A model generated the notes under the pieces. It made no database searches and was not told the origin of the DNA. It saw nothing but the letters and a program-made list of their open reading frames with translations. The position numbers and the translations under genes were made by a program. From Callorhinchus milii (taxonomy: Eukaryota), in the NCBI RefSeq assembly GCF_018977255.1, contig NW_024704742.1, positions 33,854,001-33,918,000 of the forward strand: a stretch of DNA of 64,000 nt, given 5' to 3'. Shown one piece after another: positions 25,524 to 38,292 of this stretch. Positions within the stretch are counted from its first letter, which is position 1, and every line of letters starts with the position of its first letter.

Positions 25524-27349
25524 TCACACAGTTCAAGTCAAGTTGATGATTACCTTCAGAAAATGATTGAATAAATACCAGTTAAGTGTGAGATTAAAGG
25601 TTGTAAGGACAAGCAGAGATCTAAATAATCAAATGCACCTCTGAACATCAATGTTTCTGTGCTGCTGGGACCAGAAGACGTAATTTGTAACCAGCAACCA
25701 AGCGATTATAGATTTTAATTGTAAAGTTACTGTTGAAGAATTTATTTACGATTAGCATATCAATATATAATATAATCTTTTAAAGCCCTCCATGGTCTTG
25801 CCCCATCCTACCTTTCTAAACTTCTAAAATCTTACCAATCCGCTCTTTCCCTCTGCAGGTACTTCACATTCCTCACCCTGCTCACTGTACCAACGCAAGA
25901 CCTTCTTCTTTGACCGCATCTTTGGTCATCTTGCCCCCTCCCTCCCCCCTTGGTCCCCATCCTTCTTGTATCCAATTCGCAGCTTGGGTGAAGATCCTTA
26001 ATTGAACAGCACCTTGTGGTATGCTTCTGATGTGAAAGGCGTGATTTAAATGCAATTTGTTCTTGTTGTATTTTACTATATTTTCATTGTAAAGCACCCA
26101 TCGAGGGATTTGCTTACTATTAACTGTTCATGATAATTCATGTTACCAGTACTCAAGGGCTTCTGAATTGCCAATCTGTAGGATCGCGCATGCATGTCCG
26201 GAACCGCCCGCCCCACAGTAACGTTGGATAAAAAGCGCGAGAAGCTTGGAGCCAGAAGCTTCAGTTTACACTGGAGAGGGTGTGTTTATAACGGATTCTG
26301 CTGATAAATTGCAGCCGCATTTTTCTATCGCCACAGCTTATGAGTTAGGTCAATCCCACTGGTCTGCACTATACTGCACAGTGCATGCCACAGATTCTTA
26401 GAACCTACTAGTGCTGCACAATACATTTATTGTGTAGTCTTTATTAAAAATCCAAACACGAGCGATTTAAACAAACCGATAATCAAACTGTCCCTGCAAG
26501 CAATGGGAGATCAGTGACTGATTGTGACTGATCCTCAGACTAGTCAGTTCTTGTTGGGAGGCAAAGACTTAGAACATTTATACTACAAAAGCTTTCAAAC
26601 AAAAATTGTTTCAGCAATTAAAGCATGTTGAGATGAGAAATACAGCTAACTGAAGAGCCTGCATCACATGCTATATATATTTTTTACTTACTGATGTAAT
26701 CGAATATCATCAGGAGCTTGCTGATGATGCACCAACACAAATAAGTTCCCCCCTCCCCACTCCCACTCAAAGTCACATTGAAAAATAATACTTCTGCAAT
26801 CTACTTTCTAATTTACTATACAGGAACCACAAAATTGACCAGATTTGGAATGTTTTTCCCCTTATGATAAAGTAGCACAAACCAGGCCCCTTAACCAGGC
26901 TTGATGCCACAATAGGAAGACGGCTCACGTGGTATTCTGGAAAGGTGGAAATAAAATCAGCTGGAGGATCTTCTTCAACCTAACCTAAAACAATCCTCCA
27001 CATTTACACAACACAAATAGATGAGGCATAGTAAGTATGGTAGTGAACTACAACTGGAGCCCTGTGAAGTTGTAAACGTAAATAAAGGCTAGCCAGAAAC
27101 GCCCATCATAACCACCCAGCTATACTACACATTGGTATTTGAGAGAAAAATATATTATTATAGTTTCAAGTGCATAACTATTAGTTTCACTAAGAATTAT
27201 ATACAATTTTTCTACAAGTCTGTGCAAAGTATCAAGACAATGTATGAGGCTGTGCCACTACTCCTGTATACAGGATATATTAAATATTAATGCAGAAGAG
27301 CAGTAAATGGGGTAACTCTATTATTACTTCAATGGCCAGATGCTAGAGT

Positions 27350-27664
27350 TATAATAATAATAATCCTTGCTTTTGATATAGCGCTTTTCACGTCTTTTCG
27401 ACGTCTCAAAGCGCTTCACTGAATAGACTGTAAAGTGAATTGACCGTATACTTATGGATGAAACGCGGCAGCCAACTGCACACAGCAGTGTTCCACAAAC
27501 AGTTGTGGATTGAAGTGACCAATTTATTATTTTTTTTGTTTTGGAGGGATTATTATTAGGCGTGTAGAGTAAGGAAACTTGCCCAAGGTTTCGCCCTGCC
27601 TGGAATTGAACCCAGGTGTCTCGCTTGCAAGGCGAGTGCTCTAACCACTGAGCTACAGGACTCC
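27350..27664 (-). mobile_element. tRNA-derived SINE, full length
   Basis: Reverse complement of the family consensus. Confidence 0.92.
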
Positions 27665-28185
27665 ACGTTGAGGACTACAAGAGCATTTTAAGAAAATGTT
27701 ATACGTTAGTAAGTTGTGTAACAACGTAGCACTTCCTGTGAACTGTATAAAAACCACAAGAATAAGCATCAATGTAGGAACACAATGAACCAACCCACGC
27801 AGGTTCCTCCCTGTGCACACATTTTGAGGATACATTTTATTACACTCAAAGCAATGCAGACAAAATTAGAATTTTTTTTACAATATGCTCATTGGTGAAA
27901 CCTTCCAGTTGTTTAAAAAATGCTCCTACATTTTGTTAATGCTATTTCACATTTACATTTGTAATAGGATTTAACAAACTCTCCAATAAGACCACCAACA
28001 CACCTTTGGTTATTTTCAATACTGGTTTTCCTGTTTTTGGTAGGATTTCTTGGCAATCAAGGGATACAAATTTTCTTTCTAATTTAATCTCAAGCCTATT
28101 TTTATGTTTTGCTGAACATCTTATGGACCATAATGGAAGAATATTTTTTTGCTGGAAGGATTTTTCATGGGTCAGTCATGCATTT

Positions 28186-28187
<2 letters not shown>

Positions 28188-28215
<28 letters not shown>
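28188..28215. repeat. (AT)n microsatellite
   Basis: Read directly. Others at 1861-1880 (AC), ~29070-29095 (GT/AT) and ~29688-29747 (AT/AC/AG). Confidence 0.9.
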
Positions 28216-28219
<4 letters not shown>

Positions 28220-29257
28220 CTTGATGCAGCCCAAAATAAAACACACCTGTAACAGGGCAGAGGCAGTACAGACCTCCACTCAAATGTTAAGATCACTATG
28301 TTCTCATACAATTTTCCTGTTACATACGTTATGTTACCACCCACCATTTATCCAATGAGATAACTTCCAGACATCAAAGGTAAATAAGGTGTGACACATG
28401 TACTACAAAGTAGGCTGTTAATTATTCATTGTGGTCAGTTTGCAATAGCTGAGCTGTTATCACAAGCCAACAGGTAATGTAAGTGGCAAAATGGGAAGGT
28501 ATGTTTAAATCTCATAATTCTGTTTTGTTGTTTGAATACAATGCTTTTTAGGCTTCGATACTCACACAACCATCGATTATGTGTTACGTGTTGCTCAATG
28601 GTCGAATCTTTAGTATTCCAAATTCTGGCTGTAGTTTTGCTCAGCTGTCTCACTGCAGTACCTATTCATGCTTCAGGCTAGACATCGAGTGTCTGTGGGC
28701 TATATACCCTCAACAACACAGCAAAGCATCCAAACTCAATCCAGTCCCCACCCAAAAAAACACACCGTTGCATTTTCCAGCAGAGTCCACTTCAGAGCAA
28801 CATGTCAGGAACCCTGGTTGACCTCACTCTCTTTCTGCCCCTCCACAGCTAATCCAACATACTGTATGTATATGGCTTTCTCATCACTACTGCTCCAGTG
28901 TACTCCTCAATGACTCTGTATTCTTCCTGGCTGGCAACACAAAATTTGCTAAAGCATTTATAGACACACTTGGGAGGTCATTTTCGCTGCTTTCCTCCAA
29001 ATCTACAGTAACTATAACTCACTACACTTGAGAGTGAAATCCTGTGGAGTACTCTGAGCCACCCTGTCGGTGTGTGTGTGTGTGTGTATATATAAATAAA
29101 TACAAATAATGATACCACATCAAATTCAAGGATTAAGGTCGCTTCAAACTACAAATCCCAAGTAGCAGCTCTCCCTCTCTATCACACAACCTCCTCTCCC
29201 CTCACACACAGCACTGGCAGCTCACATACTCACTCACTCACACGTGGCAATTTAAAC

Positions 29258-29577
29258 ATAATAATAATAATCCTTGCATTTGATATAGCGCTTTTCACGT
29301 CGGGAGGACGTCCCAAAGCGCTTCACAGAACACACTGTAAAGTGAATTGACTGTATATTTGTGGGCGAACGCGGCAGCCAATTGCGCACAGCAATGTCCC
29401 ACAAACAGTCATAGATTGAAAATGACTAATTTATTATTGGTTTTGGTTTTGGAGGGATTATTATTAGGCTCTGTGTGGAGTAAGGAAACTTGCCCAAGGT
29501 TTCGCCCTCTGCCTGGAATTGAACTCAGGTCTCTCACTTGCAAAGCGAGTGCTCTAACCGCTGAGCTACAGGACTCC
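29258..29577 (-). mobile_element. young tRNA-derived SINE, full length
   Basis: Near-identical reverse copy of 13373-13689. Confidence 0.93.
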
Positions 29578-29713
29578 CACATATAAAACCTCACACGTTT
29601 CTCACAGACAGTTTGATGATTCGGGACTCTCTGGCGGTTTGGATGCGGAGTGAAAAAAGGTTATCTTTCACTTCTAATAATACATCGTTATATATATATA
29701 CACAAACACACAC

Positions 29714-29747
<34 letters not shown>

Positions 29748-29869
29748 TTTGCATATTGCATTACAATAGTGGGATCAAATCACCCACTGAACTCACCCTC
29801 GAAACCTCCCGAGTTTATCCGACACGGTGAGACACAGTCACACATTAAAACACACACACCACACACACA

Positions 29870-30391
29870 CACAGAGGTGCCTGTGACAAGCTGCCCCTGG
29901 CGCCCCAGCCCCAGCCCACCGCCCCACCACCTTTGCAGCAAGACTACGAAGCACAGAAAGTTCAAGGTTTAAACCCGGGGCTCAGCGGGGTCTGCATGGA
30001 CATGCGGCACGTGCCCACCCCCCCCGGGGAGCGTGTGCACTGACTGATTGATTGCCTTACCTGCCCCTGTCCCTGTCCGCCTGAGCCCGGGGGCTGCGCG
30101 CCTGTGGCCATGTCTGAGTGCTGGAGCTGCCGCTGCCGCGCGCCCCGGGTGAGCCTGGTCAGCGCGCGCGCGCGCGCCCGCGGCGGCGGCCTCTGTGACG
30201 TCGGCTCCCGGGTGGGGGGGGACGACGACGACGGGGACGGACAAGGCCGGTTCCCTGGCAACCGCCTGATTGACAGCCGTTGATTGACGGCTCCCGGGTC
30301 CTCGCCCTCTCCGGGGCTCCCGCTCTCGACCGCGGCCGCAAAGGCTTTTGCTGAAGCCCTGTGACGTGCGGCCGCAGCCTCCAGTGCCGCG
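29870..30391 (-). promoter_or_regulatory. FAM241A CpG-island promoter
   Basis: CpG-dense; RFX X-box GTTCCCTGGCAAC 30250-30262, TGATTGACAG 30267-30276 and TGATTGACGG 30281-30290, CRE-like TGACGT at ~30196 and ~30362. Confidence 0.75.
30061..30111 (-). CDS. FAM241A: FAM241A coding exon 1 (MATGAQPPGSGGQGQGQ)
   Basis: ATG at 30111 inside a CpG island; 51 nt ending at a CAG|GTAAGG donor. Phase 0 joins exon 2 in frame (Q|VAVED, compare human Q|DVED). Confidence 0.8.
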
Positions 30392-31322
30392 CTGGGGGGG
30401 GGAGGGGGTGCCGGGCTCGGGGGGGGTGCCGGGCTCGGGGGGGGGGTGCCGGGCTCGGGGGGGTGCCGGGCTGGGGGGTGCCGGGGTGGGGGGAGGGGTG
30501 CCGGGCTCGGGGGGGTGCCGGGCTCGGGGGGGGTGCCGGGCTCGGGGGGGGTGCCGGGCTGGGGGAGGAGGTGCTGGCTGGGGGTGCCGGGGTGGGGGGA
30601 GGGGTGCCACGCTGGGGGTGCCGTGCTGGGGAGGGGGTGCCGTGCTGGGGGAGGGGGTGCCGTGCTTGGGGAGGGGTTGCCCTGCTGGGGAGGATTTCCG
30701 TGCTGGGGGAGGGGTTGCTGGGGGGGTGGGGTTGCCTTGCTGGGGGAGGGGTGCTGGGCTGGGGGTGCCGGGTGGGGGGAGGGGGTGCTGGGCTGGGGGG
30801 AGGAGGTGCTGGGCTGGGGGGAGGGGGTGCCACGCTGGGGGGAGGGGTGCAGCGCTGGGGGAGGTGGTGCCACGCTGGGGGTGCCGTGCTGGGGGAGGGG
30901 TGCCGTGCTGGGGGAGGGGTGCCGTGCTGGGGAGGGGTTGCCTGCTGGGGAGGGGTTTCCGTGCTGGGGGAGGGGTGCTGGGGGGGGGGTTGCCGTGCTG
31001 GGGAGGGGTGCGTGCTGGGGAGGGGGGGGGGGGGTTGCCGTGCTGGGGAGGGGTGCGTGCTGGGGGAGGGGGGGGGGGGGGGTGCCGTGCTGGGGAGGGG
31101 TGCCGTGCTTTGAGGGGGGGGAGGGGTTGCCGGCTGGGGGGAGGGGTGCGGGCTGGGGGGGGGGGTGCCGGGCTGGGGGGTGCCGGGCTGGGGGAGGGGA
31201 GGGTGCCGGGCTGGGGGAGGGGGTGCCGTGCTCGGGGGGCGGGTGCCAGGGTGGGGGGAAGGGTTGCTGGGGGAGGGGGTGCCGTGCTGGGGGAGGGGGT
31301 GCCGTGCTGGGAGGGGGGTTGC
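30392..31322. repeat. G-tract minisatellite (~18-20 bp units) upstream of FAM241A
   Basis: Units GGGGGGGTGCCGGGCTC and GGGGGAGGGGTGCCGTGCT with variable G-run lengths; extreme G skew on +. Confidence 0.95.
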
Positions 31323-32397
31323 AGGCTGCACGCATTGTCAGAGGCTCTTGAGATGCTAAACAGATATCCTGTGCCCTCCAGCGTTCTTCAAAAAGGAAAA
31401 TGGGAATTTCTCCCCAACAAAAGCAACGCGCGGCATTTGTGCAGTGCCTTTCACATCTGGCACTCTACAGATGAGCCTGGACATCCCACAAATAACATTT
31501 TCTGGGCCGGATTGCAGAACCTCACTTGAAAGTAATTGCTGTCTTGCGCTTTTGAGATGTTTCAACATTGTAGGCGTTATATCAAATGCAATGATTATTA
31601 TTATTATTATTATAAGAGCAGATACTTCTTTGAATCTAAAACAATAATCCAATCTTGGGATTCAGCGAGATGAACGTCAAGGGCTCACTTTATTCTTTCA
31701 ATTTTTAACACCGTTGGATTAATAATCCTTGTATTTAATACAGGGCCTAAATGTGGAAACCCGTCAAAGTGCTTGATAGGTAATTGCTGTTAAGTGCAGT
31801 GACTGTATTTTATAGGTGAAGGGAGGTAAGCCCCTTTTTCATTGTGGTTCCTATGGGTTTAGGTGCAAGTGGCTATTGGTGGACTAGAGGAAACTGTGAA
31901 TAGTACTTTTTTCACATTTTACTGCAAATAAGCAACAGTTTGATGCTATAATGGGTATTCTGGAAGGATGAGAACAAATGGCCAAAAGGGTCATTCATTC
32001 ATTGTGTCCTCTTTTGTCACCTTGGTTGAGTCCATTTTCATGCTCTTTATGATTATACAGAAAAAGTGCTCTTTATTAGGTAATGTGGCAATTTTCCCAT
32101 TGTACACATTTGACTCGGTTCTAAAACCTCTGTTTCCAGTCAGAAGATTGTGGGTTCAAGCCCCGTGTTTCAAATCACAGGCTAGATAGATACACAATTG
32201 CAGTCAAGGTGAGCACTGCTTTGAAGGTGCTGTCCTTCAGATAAAATGCTAAATTGAGCTTTTCTCCATTTGGATGGATTTTAAGCCCCAGTGATATCAT
32301 TTGAAAAGAGGAGAGAGTTTTGTTAGCAATCCTCCAGATAAATTGAACATTCCCTTCATGTCTGTTTGTGGGTAAATTGGGTGTTGTATTCCCATAT

Positions 32398-32703
32398 CAA
32401 CCTGTCCGCTCCCTCCGCTCAGCCTGCTACACCCTTGCCTAGCCCGCCCTACCATCGGCGGTCGGGCCTTGAGCCTCTCCGCCCCCACCCTTCGGAACTC
32501 CATCCCACATTCCCTTCGCCTTGCTCCCTCCCTTGTTTCCTACAAAGCATGTCTCAAGACCCTCCTCTTCACACACGCCTTTGGTCACTATCCTACCCTC
32601 CCTGATCCCAACCCCCCTGCTCAGGTCCAAATCCCCAACTGTCCAGCATCTCGGGACATCTTCCTGACTTGAAAGGTGCTATACAAATGTAATTTTGTAT
32701 TGT
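32398..32703 (+). mobile_element. L2 3' fragment (preceded by an older Deu-type SINE at ~32110-32345)
   Basis: RPTIGGRALSLSAPTLRNSIP motif and GAAAGGTGCTATACAAATG tail. Confidence 0.8.
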
Positions 32704-34105
32704 ATTTTCCTAGGAAATAGACAGTCACTGCACTTGACAGCATTTCCCTGTGCAATGCTTTGATATTACTGGTGCTATATCAAATGCAAGATTACTAGTT
32801 TTTGTACAACTGAGTTGTGAAATCACATTTAACTCCAGCGAGTCACTTTTTTGTGACAAAATAATTTCCTATTGGGTTTCAATGCAAAAAAGAACATCTC
32901 TATTGATTTTAATATGTTTACAATCTACAAAACTATTTTATGAGATAGGACCCTGGTTTAACATTTCATTTGAAGGACAGAGCTTCCAATAATACAGCAC
33001 ACCCCCAGCTCTGAACTGGAGTATTAGCCTAGACTGAGTTTAAAGCTAAAATTTGGAGCTTGAATCAAATGACATCATGCCGATGTACTAAAAGCAACAG
33101 TAAGGATAAATTCATCAGATCTATTTTAACTAGTTATGATATTAACTATGTTACTATAATTATTGCCAATAAGAACACATTAAAATACAATTACAGAGAT
33201 CATTACTTTTTAATGATCAAATTTCTTAAAGTATTTTTCCTTTTTTCAGTTCCTTAAGGTCCTGTAACATTTCAGGCAATACTATTAACAATTGCCCCAG
33301 CTCATGCGCCGGATAATATTCTGAAATCCCAAAAGGCTGTTGGTAAAATCTGGACAAACATGGTAAAACAAGAACAGGTACCTCTCAGTTATTTGAAGAG
33401 AATAATCCAATCCTGAAGTTCAGGGTTGACCATAAAGTATCTATTTAATTCTTCCAGTGTATAAGGCTCTTGCATTGAACTTTCTGACATATTCACATCA
33501 GATAATCCAAAAGATCTCAAGAAAGAGGGGCAAATGATACCCACGTACATTCTAAAATAGTTTCTGCTGTGATTTATACATAGCCATGATCTAATAACTC
33601 AAAATTTTACTGTACATATTTTTAAAGGAACTCCCTCTTAATAAAATCTTTTGGTAAACTTTTTTNGCTTCTTGGGAAACAGCATCTTCCTGTAAATTGT
33701 ATCCATACATGTCATGTTGTGAATCAAGTGAAGTTTGGTGTTATTTCCTCCATAATTAACACAAGGTTTGCAAGCAGATTTTGCAAGAGTAAAACGTTAT
33801 GAAATATAGGTGGCAACGATCAATGCAATCAATGCAAGTAACAAATTGCCAATCAAAATAGAACAGTCAAATGTTTAACTTTGAGCAATAAGCAATAAAA
33901 TAATAATAATATCAATGACGACTTTTAAAATTCATTGTTATCTGCTTCAAACCAATGCAGAACAAAGCTCTTTAAGACATTACACTGGGGAAAATTAGTT
34001 AATTAAATGTACTCCCTCTGGAATATGTGTAGAAAGGAGCCAGTTGGAATGACAGAAGGTTTTATTAGTGTGAAAGCAGTAGTTTGTGGAACCCTGTGGC
34101 GCAGT

Positions 34106-34670
34106 GGAGTCCTGTAGAGCAGCGGTCAGCGCATCGCCTCACAAGTGAGTGGACCTGAGTCCGAGTCCCAGGTGGACCGAAACCTTACGCACGTGAGCGG
34201 ACCTGAGTCCGATTCCCAGGTGAGGTGAAACCTTGCTGCACACACCTCTGTTGACCTAAGTTGGAAGTTGGAACCAGTTGCTAATTGTTTGGCGGATTGC
34301 TTGCCAGGGGAATAGTCCCTCAGCTGATTGTGGGATATTGCTGTGCTTAATTGTTGCATTTCACCCACAAAATATTCAGTCAATCCACTTTACAATATAT
34401 TCTGTGAATGCTTTGAGACGTCTTAATGACGTGATAAGTCACTATAAGCAATCTGATGGAGACCTACCTTGTTGTTCTCCTGACTGGGAAAAAAAACCTT
34501 CCTTTGAATGATCAGTGGACAGTTATCAGTGGATCAATTGGCTGCCGTGTTTCACCTACAAATATACAGTCAATTCACTTTACACTATATTCTGTGAAGC
34601 CCTTTGAAACGTCTCGAAGACATGAAAAAGCGCTATATCAGATGTCAAAGATTGTTATTATTTTATTATG
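34106..34670 (+). mobile_element. composite SINE (long variant with a ~48-bp internal duplication and a second tail)
   Basis: GTGAG(T/C)GGACCTGAGTCCGA.TCCCAGGTG occurs twice (34145 and 34193); two successive tails. Confidence 0.8.
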
Positions 34671-35905
34671 GTTATCACCAAGCTGAATTAATCAACAGTT
34701 GTTGTTCAGGAAGGAATTTATCCCAGTGGCCTGGTTAACAATATTCCAGATAAAATTGGTTATTCACTTCATTTTTTTTGTGGGATTTTGCTGTGCGCAA
34801 ATTGGCTGCTGCATTTGACTGCAAATTCACAGTCACTGCAGTTTACATTGAAACACTTTGAGACACTTTGATGATGTGCTGATCAAATGTGAGGATTATT
34901 ATAATTATCAGTGAAATGTTTTGAGCTGTTATGATTTATAGGTGCTGTGTGAAATACAAGGATTATATTTTTCCCCACCAGGCCTGGTGGATAGATATTT
35001 GAGACCAGTTATGATACTGATAAATTCAATCTGACAAGACTGACTTGATCAAAGCTAGTTATACTATCTCTGCTTATTTATATGTTGAAGCAGATTCCTG
35101 TCTCTTTTTTTATCTCTGGTGTTCAAGCATTTTTTTCTTGAGAAGTGAATTCTGTATCATGTAACTAAAAATAAAATTAAAGTACACTGGAATCAGCTCC
35201 AGTCGCAGTCAAATCAAAACTCTAGAGAATTCTGAGATTCATTATTTAAACTGGAATACAAAGTCCATTACAGTGAAATTTGCTGGCAATATGCCAAATG
35301 GATAGCATTATTAGAATTATTCATGGATGAATGATATAATCAGAACTATAAATCTCTTCAATCCCTATCACCTTCTCTCCTATTACCTTCCTATCTCTCT
35401 GATAATAATAATAATCCTTGCATTTGATATAGCGCCTTATTACATCTTTGAGATGTTTCAAAGTGCTTCACAGAATATACTGGAAAGTGAATTGACTGTA
35501 TATTTTTGGGGCGAAATGTGGCAGCCAATTACACACAGCAGTATCCCGCAAACATGTGGATTTAGTGACCAAATTATTATTATTATTACCCCCTATCCCA
35601 CTCCTCTGCTTGCTCCGTCCACTCGACTAACTCAGGTTTGCTACGTTCAGATTTCAGATTCTACGTTCCTAACCTCTCGAACTCCCTCTTTCTACCCTTC
35701 CATCATGCCCCCCTTCCCTCTATCTGTCTTCAGGTCCCAGCTTAAAACCTACCTCTTTGACTACTTCTATCATCACCTTTCCCTTTTCCCCTCTGCCCTC
35801 TCCTCCATTCAGTGTCTGACCCTGTCATTGCAAAGCATCCAAGGTATACATGGTATTCTGCAACAAAGTAGCGACAGAGGTCACATACCCATCCAGAGAG
35901 ATACA

Positions 35906-36021
35906 TCAATACTAATAAAAACAAAATGTCTGTCTGTGTGTCTGTCTAACCGATTGACGTAGAGACATGATTTATACCTCATCAGAAAGATCTTGCAAGA
36001 AAGAGTGTCAAGGGCATATAT
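35906..36021 (+). mobile_element. non-autonomous Helitron 5' fragment
   Basis: A|TCAATACTAATAAAA start, (GTCT)n tract, and similarity to the 40472-40773 element (AGAGACATGATTTATACC...GAGTGTCA). Truncated where a SINE begins. Confidence 0.7.
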
Positions 36022-36023
36022 CA

Positions 36024-36262
36024 TTGGGCAAGTTTCCTTACTCCACACTCCTAATAATCCCTCCAAAACAAAAAACAATAATAAATTGGTCACTTCAATC
36101 CACGACTGTTTGTGGGACGCTGATGTGCGCAATTGGCTGCCGTGTTTCGCCCACAAATATACAGTCAATTTACTTTACAGTCTATTCTGTGAAGTGCTTT
36201 GAGACGTCTGGAAGACGTGAAAAGCGCTATATCAAATGCAAGCATTATTATTTATTTATTAT
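36024..36262 (+). mobile_element. SINE lacking its head
   Basis: Starts at TTGGGCAAGTTTCC, then normal body and tail. Confidence 0.88.
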
Positions 36263-36294
36263 TATCATGACCTAAACAAATTCATCACACATGT

Positions 36295-36408
36295 ATGGAC
36301 TCCAACAAGAGTCCTCCCAACCAGGAGTCCTCCCATTGAAGCCTCCCATTGAGTATTCCCAACAGAAATCCTCCCATTGAGTCTTCCCACTGAGTCCTCC
36401 TAACAGGA
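36295..36408. repeat. degenerate short tandem repeat (GAGTCCTCCCATT-like, ~7-8 units of 13-16 bp)
   Basis: Read directly. Confidence 0.75.
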
Positions 36409-36607
36409 TATGTGTGTAAATATGTGGACCAGGCATGTTAATAAGTTCAATAGCACATTTTCTTACTCTTAAGTGATGAAGATGCCTAAGAAGCAAAGTT
36501 CAAGCCTTTCAAGGACAAATAAAAATGCCAGACGAAAGAGAGAAGGCTGATTAAATGAAACTGGTTTCAAGCTGCAATGGGTACAGATAGTCCTACATAA
36601 ATGTAAG

Positions 36608-37054
36608 TTAGAATCATAGAATTATACAGCAAAGAAGGAGGTCATTCGGCCCATTGTGTCTGTGCCAGCTCTTTGAAAAGAGCTATCCAAATCAATCCCA
36701 CTCCCCCACTCTCTCCCCATAGACTTGCATACTTGTTCTCCCCAAATACCCATCTACTTCTCTCTTAAATGTTGCTATCGAATCGGCTTCCACCACCCTT
36801 TCAGGCAATGCATTCCAGATCCAAACAACTCGCTGTTTGAAAAGATTTCTCCCCACTTCCCCTCTTTCTTTTAACAAATATCTTAAATCGGTGCCCTTGG
36901 ATTACCGACCCACCCGCCAGTGGAAATAGTTTCTCGTCGTTCACCCTATCGAATCCTTTCATAATTTAGATTTTTGGCCGTAACTGTGTCTTTAATCAAT
37001 ATAGCCACCCCGCGACCCCCTTTTTTTTTTACCCTCCCTATCCCTCCTGAATAT
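36608..37054 (-). mobile_element. CR1 3' end joined to a short piece of its endonuclease domain (distal part of a split, internally deleted CR1)
   Basis: 36608-36967 encodes RNLFKQRVVWIWNALPERVVEADSIATFKREVD plus the CR1 tail. 36968-37054 reads FRRDREG..GVAILIKDTVTA (APE domain, with a poly-A slip). Confidence 0.85.
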
Positions 37055-38292
37055 AACAACAACAACAGGATTGCATTTATAGAGTGCCTTTCATGTCAGG
37101 AGGATGTCCCAAGGGCTGGACAGTTGGGTCGGGACCTGAGCAGGGGGGAAATGGTCAGGGTGAGGGGAGGGAAGGAGCGAGGAAGGGGTAGAGAGTCGAG
37201 AGGGGAGGTGAAGGCACGGTTGAAGAGAAAGGTCTTGAGACTGGCCTTGAAGAGGAAAGGGAGAAGGCAAGGCGAAGGCACTGGGGGATGGAGTTCCAGA
37301 GTCTAGGGGCTGAGAGGCTAAAAGCCTGGCCACCGATGGTAGGGCGGTTAGGGAGGGAGGGGTGGAGCAGACCGGAGCCAGAGGAACGGAGGGTATGGGC
37401 AGGTAAGTAGGGGGATAGTAGGTCAGAGAAGTAGGAGGGAGCAAGGCCGTGAATGGCCTTGTAGGTGAGGATGAGGATCTTGAATTCGATCCTCTGGGGG
37501 ATGGGGAGCCAGTGGAGGCGAGCGAGGGTGGGAGTGATGTGGTCCCGAAGCCTGGTGCGGGACAGTACACGAGCTACAGAGTTCTGAATGACCTGCAGCT
37601 TGTGGAGGGAGGAGGGAAGGCCGGCGAGGAGAGAGTTCCCATAGTCCAGCCTTGAAGTGATAAAGACATGGACCAGTGTTTCAGCAGCGTGAGGGGTGAG
37701 GTAATGCCGTAGTCTGGCGATGTTCCGGAGGTGGTGGAAGGCGGTGCCAATTGTGGCGCCGATGTGGGGAAGAAAGGACAGCTCAGGGTCGAACAGAACA
37801 CCGAGGTTCCTGACCGGCTTTGAGAGGTGGAGAGTGCAGCCTTGGATGCTGATGGTGTCAGCGCCTGAGGTGCGGAGGCGCTGACGTGAGCCAATCAGGA
37901 GGGCCTCAGTTTTACGCACGTTGAGCTGAAGAAAGTTGTCTCTCGTCCAGGACTCGATGTCGGACAGGCAGCTGTCAGGACATCAGTGGTCATGGAGTTG
38001 AGGGTAGAGGAGGAAAGGTAGAGTGGGTATCATCCACATACACGTGGAAGTTAACCCCATGTCTGCGGATGATGTCACCAAGGGGGAGCATATAGAGGGT
38101 GAAGAGGAGGGGACCGAGGACGGAACCCTGAGGGACGCCGCACGAGACAGTGCGGGGGCTGGAGGAAAAGCCGTTTGTGGACACAAAATGAAGACGGTGG
38201 GAGAGGTAGGACCTAAACCACTCAAGGACAGGATCTTGAAGGTTGAGATGGGAGGACAAGCGGTAGAGGAGGATAGAGTGGTCGACCATATC
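37055..38292 (-). mobile_element. L2 LINE, 5'-truncated, inserted in the CR1
   Basis: RT motifs [21 protein letters not shown]...FHVYVDDT, then a 254-aa open C-terminal ORF (KTEALLIG...VRNLGVLFD...SRLDYGNSLL...LHWLPIPQRIEFKIL); (TTG)n tail at 37055. Confidence 0.95.

Noticed and set aside
29962..31529. Several 200-457 aa Pro-rich or Gly-rich ORFs on both strands
   Set aside because: The G-tract repeat has almost no stop codons in any frame; only the 17-codon FAM241A exon inside is supported.
33666..33666. Single N base
   Set aside because: Assembly ambiguity next to a T-run, not biology.
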